Under the pieces are notes generated by a model. The model worked only from the letters and a program-made list of their open reading frames with translations, was not told the DNA's origin and did not search any database. Source: Candidatus Aenigmatarchaeota archaeon (lineage in GTDB: Archaea > Aenigmatarchaeota > Aenigmatarchaeia > QMZP01 > QMZT01). From it: a stretch of 64,000 bases of DNA. Positions 60,055 through 64,000 of the stretch are shown in pieces. Made by a program: the position numbers and the translations under genes. The DNA lies in assembly GCA_041489155.1 (NCBI GenBank), contig JBGPQP010000004.1:13592-77591 (forward strand), in the 5' to 3' direction. How positions within the stretch are numbered: position 1 is the first letter of the stretch; the number at the start of each line of letters is the position of its first letter.

Positions 60055-60933
60055 ATGAGAAAGCTTCATGCGCTGTTCTATCTTATTTGCATGGAACTGA
60101 AGAGGAGCGCCCTCGGCGTAAAATATTTCGCCGAAGTTGACGTGACGGATAACTGCAACCTCAGGTGCAGGCACTGCTACCATTTCCACGGCAAGAACAA
60201 ATTTGAAAAAAAGGAACTGCCTTTGGACGTGTGGGAAAAGAGGTTCAGTGACCTTCACGGCGCCGGCGTAAGATTCATCCTGCTGGTCGGAGGAGAGCCC
60301 GCGCTGCGGCAGGATATTCTCATGCTCGCCGACAGAATTTTCCCCTTCGTGTACGTCATCACAAACGGTACAATTAAGATACCGCGGCAATTCAACCACA
60401 CATTGTTCGTTTCATTGGATGGCATGCAGAAAAGAAATGACTCGGTGAGGGGAATGGGAGTCTTTTCAAAAGTAATTGAAAATTATTCTGGGGATGGTCG
60501 TGTCGTTATCAACATGACGCTGCAAAAGGGCAATTACAAAGACCTTGAAGGAGTTGTCAGGATAGCGAAGGAAAATGGCTTCCGCGGCGTCGTGTGCAAC
60601 ATATGCGCGTCCGGGACTGATGCTGTCATACCGATGTTTGTAAAGAAACAGGAAAGAGAAGTTATAATGAAAGAGGTTGAACGTGTGAAGTCATTATATC
60701 CGAAAGACTTCCTTTTGAGTAAAACCATGATAAAATGGTACAAATGCCCCGATCACAGGGATTCGTGCTTTTGGGGCGATGAAACATTGCATTTCGATGT
60801 GTCATGGAACAGGAGGCGGTGTTTTGGAAGTAATGCTGACTGCTCAAACTGCGGATGCCTCGCCGGGTCATTTAAAAACCCGCTGATAACGGTGTTAAGG
60901 CATCCGCTGGGGACGAAGAAAATATTGGTTTAG
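60055..60933 (+). CDS. Radical SAM protein with a C-terminal Cys-rich (SPASM-like) region
   Basis: 'DNCNLRCRHCY' (CxxxCxxC), a 'GGEPALR' glycine-rich SAM motif, and C-terminal 'CPDHRDSCFWG...RRCFGSNADCSNCGC'. Confidence 0.8.
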   Translation: MRKLHALFYLICMELKRSALGVKYFAEVDVTDNCNLRCRHCYHFHGKNKFEKKELPLDVWEKRFSDLHGAGVRFILLVGGEPALRQDILMLADRIFPFVYVITNGTIKIPRQFNHTLFVSLDGMQKRNDSVRGMGVFSKVIENYSGDGRVVINMTLQKGNYKDLEGVVRIAKENGFRGVVCNICASGTDAVIPMFVKKQEREVIMKEVERVKSLYPKDFLLSKTMIKWYKCPDHRDSCFWGDETLHFDVSWNRRRCFGSNADCSNCGCLAGSFKNPLITVLRHPLGTKKILV

Positions 60934-60959
60934 CAGTTCCCCTCCGGTATTCCGGCGAT

Positions 60960-62162
60960 TTACTTGTAGTTCTCCCTCACGTATTCCTCGAGTTTGTTGA
61001 GCGATTCTTCGAGGACGTTCATGGGCGGGAGGAAGACGATTCTGAAATGGTCTGGCGTTGGATAGCCGAAACCCGTGCCGAAGACTGCAAGGATTTGTTT
61101 TTTGTAGAGGATGTCCATGATGAACTTCCTGTCGTCCGTCACGCCGGGAAGCTCGAATTTCGGGAACGCGTAAAACGCTCCTTTCGGTTTCGTACATGAG
61201 AAACCGTCGATTTCGTTGAAGCGCTTGTGTATCAAATCGCGCCTCTGTTTTAATTTCCTGTTCATCTCGGGTATGTGGTCCTGCGGTCCTTCGAGCGCGG
61301 GCTTGACAGCGTACTGGAACGGCCCCGGTGCCGAAAGCCTTGATCTCGCCAGGCGGAAGACGGTGTCCTGGAAGTCCTTCCTTGCCTCTTCCGGCCCGCT
61401 GAAAATCATCCATCCCGTTCTCCAGCCTGGCACGATGTAGTTCTTCGAAAGGCCGTTGAAGGTGAGGATGGGAATGTCGCTGGCGAGAGACGCGGTTGAA
61501 ACGTGCCTGTCGTCGTCCAGCAGGATTTTGTTGTAAATCTCGTCGGAGAAAATGACCAGGTTGTGTTCTCTGGCAAGGTCGACTATCTCCTGCAGCGTCT
61601 TCTGCGAGTAGAGCGCGCCAGTCGGGTTGTTGGGATTTATGAGAATTATGCCTTTTGTTTTGCTGTTGATTTTTTTCTTTATGTCGTCTATGTCAGGCTG
61701 CCAGCCATTCTCTTCAACGCACTTGTAGTGGTTGTGGGCGGCGCCGATCTTGTTGACGACAGCGGTATAAACCGGATATCCTGGAACGGGCGTAAGGATG
61801 TTTTCACCGGGGTTGAGCAGCGCGTTCATCGCCATCTCTATGCCTTCGCTGACGCCGGCGGTTATGAGGATATCGCTCTTCGTTACGCCCTTTATGCCGT
61901 CCCTTGCGGCTTCCTTGACTATCGCTTCCCTCGCCTCGTCAACGCCGGAAGAGTCGGCGTAGCCGTTGAGGTTCCGCGCCATGGCCTTTTCCACGGCTTC
62001 TATGATATGCCTCGGAGTGACGAAATCGTAAACGTTCGGGTCCCCGATGTTCAGGTTAAGGACTTTCTTGCCCTGCGCCTTCAGCTTGTTGGCCTCGACT
62101 ACGACGTCGCGTATGGCATAAGAAACCCTGCCTGCCCTTTCGGCCGGAATTATCCTGTTCAT
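60960..62162 (-). CDS. Class I/II PLP-dependent aminotransferase (AlaAT/AspAT-like)
   Basis: 'LNIGDPNVYDF', 'NPNNPTGALY' and 'FNGLSKNYIVPGWRTGW' (PLP-Lys motif SxK). Confidence 0.88.
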   Translation of the reverse strand: MNRIIPAERAGRVSYAIRDVVVEANKLKAQGKKVLNLNIGDPNVYDFVTPRHIIEAVEKAMARNLNGYADSSGVDEAREAIVKEAARDGIKGVTKSDILITAGVSEGIEMAMNALLNPGENILTPVPGYPVYTAVVNKIGAAHNHYKCVEENGWQPDIDDIKKKINSKTKGIILINPNNPTGALYSQKTLQEIVDLAREHNLVIFSDEIYNKILLDDDRHVSTASLASDIPILTFNGLSKNYIVPGWRTGWMIFSGPEEARKDFQDTVFRLARSRLSAPGPFQYAVKPALEGPQDHIPEMNRKLKQRRDLIHKRFNEIDGFSCTKPKGAFYAFPKFELPGVTDDRKFIMDILYKKQILAVFGTGFGYPTPDHFRIVFLPPMNVLEESLNKLEEYVRENYK

Positions 62163-62230
62163 GGTAAGATACTCTATTGTCTCCGGCTTTTTAAATTATT
62201 TGCCCTATCGGATTCGTCAGAAAGCGGATT

Positions 62231-63439
62231 TTATGCGGAATACAACTCCTGCATTCTTTTCTCGAGCCTGTCCATCGCTCCCTGGAGAATGTCTTCCTTC
62301 GGAAGAGTAACGATTCTTATGTGCGTTTTCTCATCCTTCGGCCAGTCGAAACCAGTGCCATGGACGACAAGGACATGTTCCTTGCCAAGAGCATCGAGAA
62401 CGAACCTCTTGTCATCATTGATTGGCGCATCAATTCCCGGGAAAACGTAAAAAGCGCCCTTCGGCTTTGTCACATGAACACCCTTCATTGCGTTCAGCCT
62501 TTCCACGACAAGATCGCTCCTTTTCTGCAGCTTGGCGTCCATTTCCTTTATGTGGTCCTGCGGTCCTTCGAGCGCGGGTTTTATGGCATACTGAAAAGGC
62601 CCGGGAGCGCACAGCCTTGCCCTCGCAAGCCTGTATACCGCTTCCCGATAGTCTCCTATTGCCTTCTCCGGTCCCGTGAATGCCATCCAGCCGATTCTCC
62701 AGCCGGGCACAAGATAATTTTTTGAAAGGCCGCCGAATGTCAGGAGCGGCGTCTCGCCTGCGAGGGAAGCAAGGGGCGTGTGCTTCCCGCCGTTGAAAAG
62801 GATCTTGTTGTAGATCTCGTCCGCGAATATCAGGATGTTCTTTTCCCCTGCTATATCTAATATTTCAAGTAGGGTTTTGTCAGGATAGACAGCGCCAGTC
62901 GGGTTGTTGGGGTTGTTTATGAGTATGCCGCGCGTGTTTTTGTCTATCTTTGTTTTTATGTCCTGCAGGTCGGGCTGCCAGTCATCTTTCTCCCTTGTCA
63001 TGTAAAGCCTTGGTTTCACGCCGAGCTTGTTGAGTATCGCAGTATAAAGAGGATATCCCGGCGCGGGTGTTAGGAAGTTTTCACCAAGGTTCACGAGCGA
63101 GGCCAGCGCAAGCTCAAGGCCCTCGCTCACGCCGGCGGTAACGAGAATCCTTTCCCTGTCTGCATTGACTCCTGTTCTGCGGTATTCGGTTTCAATCGCA
63201 TGTCTGGCTTCGGGTATTCCCAGAGAATCAACATAACCGTTCTTGTTCTCCCTCATCGCCTTGTCAACGGCATCAATCATGTGAGCAGGCGTGACGAAGT
63301 CGTAGACGTTAGGGTCGCCGATGTTCAGGTAAAGTATGTCACCTATCCCCTGTTTTTTGAGCTCGCCTGCCGCGACCGCCAGATCGCGTATGGCATAGGT
63401 GACGTCTTTTGTCCTTTCGGCCGGCCTTATCGGTTGCAT
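62231..63439 (-). CDS. Class I/II PLP-dependent aminotransferase, tandem paralog of 60960-62162
   Basis: 'LNIGDPNVYDF', 'NPNNPTGAVY' and 'FGGLSKNYLVPGWRIGW'. It is collinear with its neighbour over the full length. Confidence 0.88.
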   Translation of the reverse strand: MQPIRPAERTKDVTYAIRDLAVAAGELKKQGIGDILYLNIGDPNVYDFVTPAHMIDAVDKAMRENKNGYVDSLGIPEARHAIETEYRRTGVNADRERILVTAGVSEGLELALASLVNLGENFLTPAPGYPLYTAILNKLGVKPRLYMTREKDDWQPDLQDIKTKIDKNTRGILINNPNNPTGAVYPDKTLLEILDIAGEKNILIFADEIYNKILFNGGKHTPLASLAGETPLLTFGGLSKNYLVPGWRIGWMAFTGPEKAIGDYREAVYRLARARLCAPGPFQYAIKPALEGPQDHIKEMDAKLQKRSDLVVERLNAMKGVHVTKPKGAFYVFPGIDAPINDDKRFVLDALGKEHVLVVHGTGFDWPKDEKTHIRIVTLPKEDILQGAMDRLEKRMQELYSA

Positions 63440-63494
63440 ATCATTTCACAATTGATTAAAAATTTTAAAAGCCTTGCCTGCGCCAGTTTTTGGC

Positions 63495-64000
63495 TTATTC
63501 CCACACGAACTCGAACTTTTCGAAGTTCGTCTTTTTCTCGCGGCTGCTGATTCTCCATACGGTCATGATAATCAGGCCGCTGAGCACGCCGCCCACGTGG
63601 CCGAAATTCGCCACGCCCGGATCGAGGCCCATAAGACCGAAGAACGTCTCCTCGACCAGCAGGAAGACTAACATCACTGCCGCCGGCATGGGAAATAAGC
63701 CGAGCATGTAGACCCAGCTGGTGGGATAAAGAAACGCGTAAGCGGCCAGCACTCCGAAGACTGCGCCTGATGCGCCTATCAGGCCTGCGCCTATCGCTCC
63801 ATAAAGCCAGGACATGACGCCGATGTAGAACAGGGCTGAGCCTATGCCTGATAAAATGTAAAGAGCAGTGAATTTTTTCGTGCCTATGCTCTGCTCCAGC
63901 TGGAAGCCGAATATGGCGAAAACGAACATGTTTATGACCAAGTGGCCGGGGTAGATGGTAACGCCGGCGGCCGTCTCGGCGTAGGTTGCGTGCAGGAACA
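63495..64000 (-). CDS. Rhomboid-family intramembrane serine protease (N-terminus beyond the right edge)
   Basis: 'GASGAVFGVLAAY' (GxSG) and 'FGHVGGVLSGL' (catalytic His). Translation upstream of the TTG at 63941 stays open to 64000 and reads ...FLHATYAETAAGVTIYPGHLVINM, containing the rhomboid HxxxN motif. Confidence 0.8.
   Translation of the reverse strand, partial: FLHATYAETAAGVTIYPGHLVINMFVFAIFGFQLEQSIGTKKFTALYILSGIGSALFYIGVMSWLYGAIGAGLIGASGAVFGVLAAYAFLYPTSWVYMLGLFPMPAAVMLVFLLVEETFFGLMGLDPGVANFGHVGGVLSGLIIMTVWRISSREKKTNFEKFEFVWE

Noticed and set aside
61503-62450. 315-aa plus-strand ORF spanning both aminotransferase genes
   Set aside because: It is antisense to two clearly conserved PLP aminotransferases and crosses their intergenic spacer, so it is a shadow ORF.

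Overview
This window is archaeal chromosomal DNA. Evidence: aIF2-beta, aIF5B, Rpo3/RpoD, Spt5, SecE, GINS, RNase P Rpr2, an archaeal-type adenylate-kinase homolog, a DUF106/YidC-like protein, and tRNAs with bulge-helix-bulge (BHB) introns. Two FtsZ paralogs, tRNA introns at non-canonical positions, few metabolic genes and very large surface proteins suggest a small-genome DPANN-like lineage; this is inference only. Coding density is high on both strands. Housekeeping genes include lysS (class II), serS, apt, rpoD, ftsZ x2, secE-spt5, rpl11, rps15, infB, aIF2-beta, rnhA, a Dph6-like protein, a PGI/PMI isomerase, ABC-2 exporter genes, HtpX, an S2P/M50 protease, a rhomboid, and two tandem aminotransferases. 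Four tRNA genes are present: His, Leu-like, Gln and Ile. Three carry introns and two carry two introns each. Two accessory cell-surface loci stand out. (1) At 270-11196, a type IV-filament-like ATPase and a FlaJ/PilC-like platform protein bracket a 2,090-aa extremely cysteine-rich repeat protein, with no recognisable pilin between them. (2) At 45575-54210, an ~8.7-kb minus-strand block of four secreted or membrane proteins splits the normally contiguous secE-spt5-rpl11 cluster. Its 1,724-aa member has an N-terminal winged helix, one TM helix and a parallel beta-helix ectodomain. Tandem palindromes lie in its promoter. Other notable items: an AT-rich LAGLIDADG homing-endonuclease cassette flanked by a 26-nt duplication of the tRNA-Gln 5' end; a degenerate GGDEF-like protein (KADEF); an adenylate-kinase homolog without a P-loop; class II LysRS fused to a Trbp111-like domain; L11 with a stalk-like tail; and an apparently lower-GC orphan cluster at 27.9-31.2 kb. 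No rRNA, CRISPR array or transposase/integrase was seen. All family assignments come from reading motifs by eye, not from searches. The ORF track renders GTG/TTG starts as M, so several starts were moved to the first in-frame ATG.
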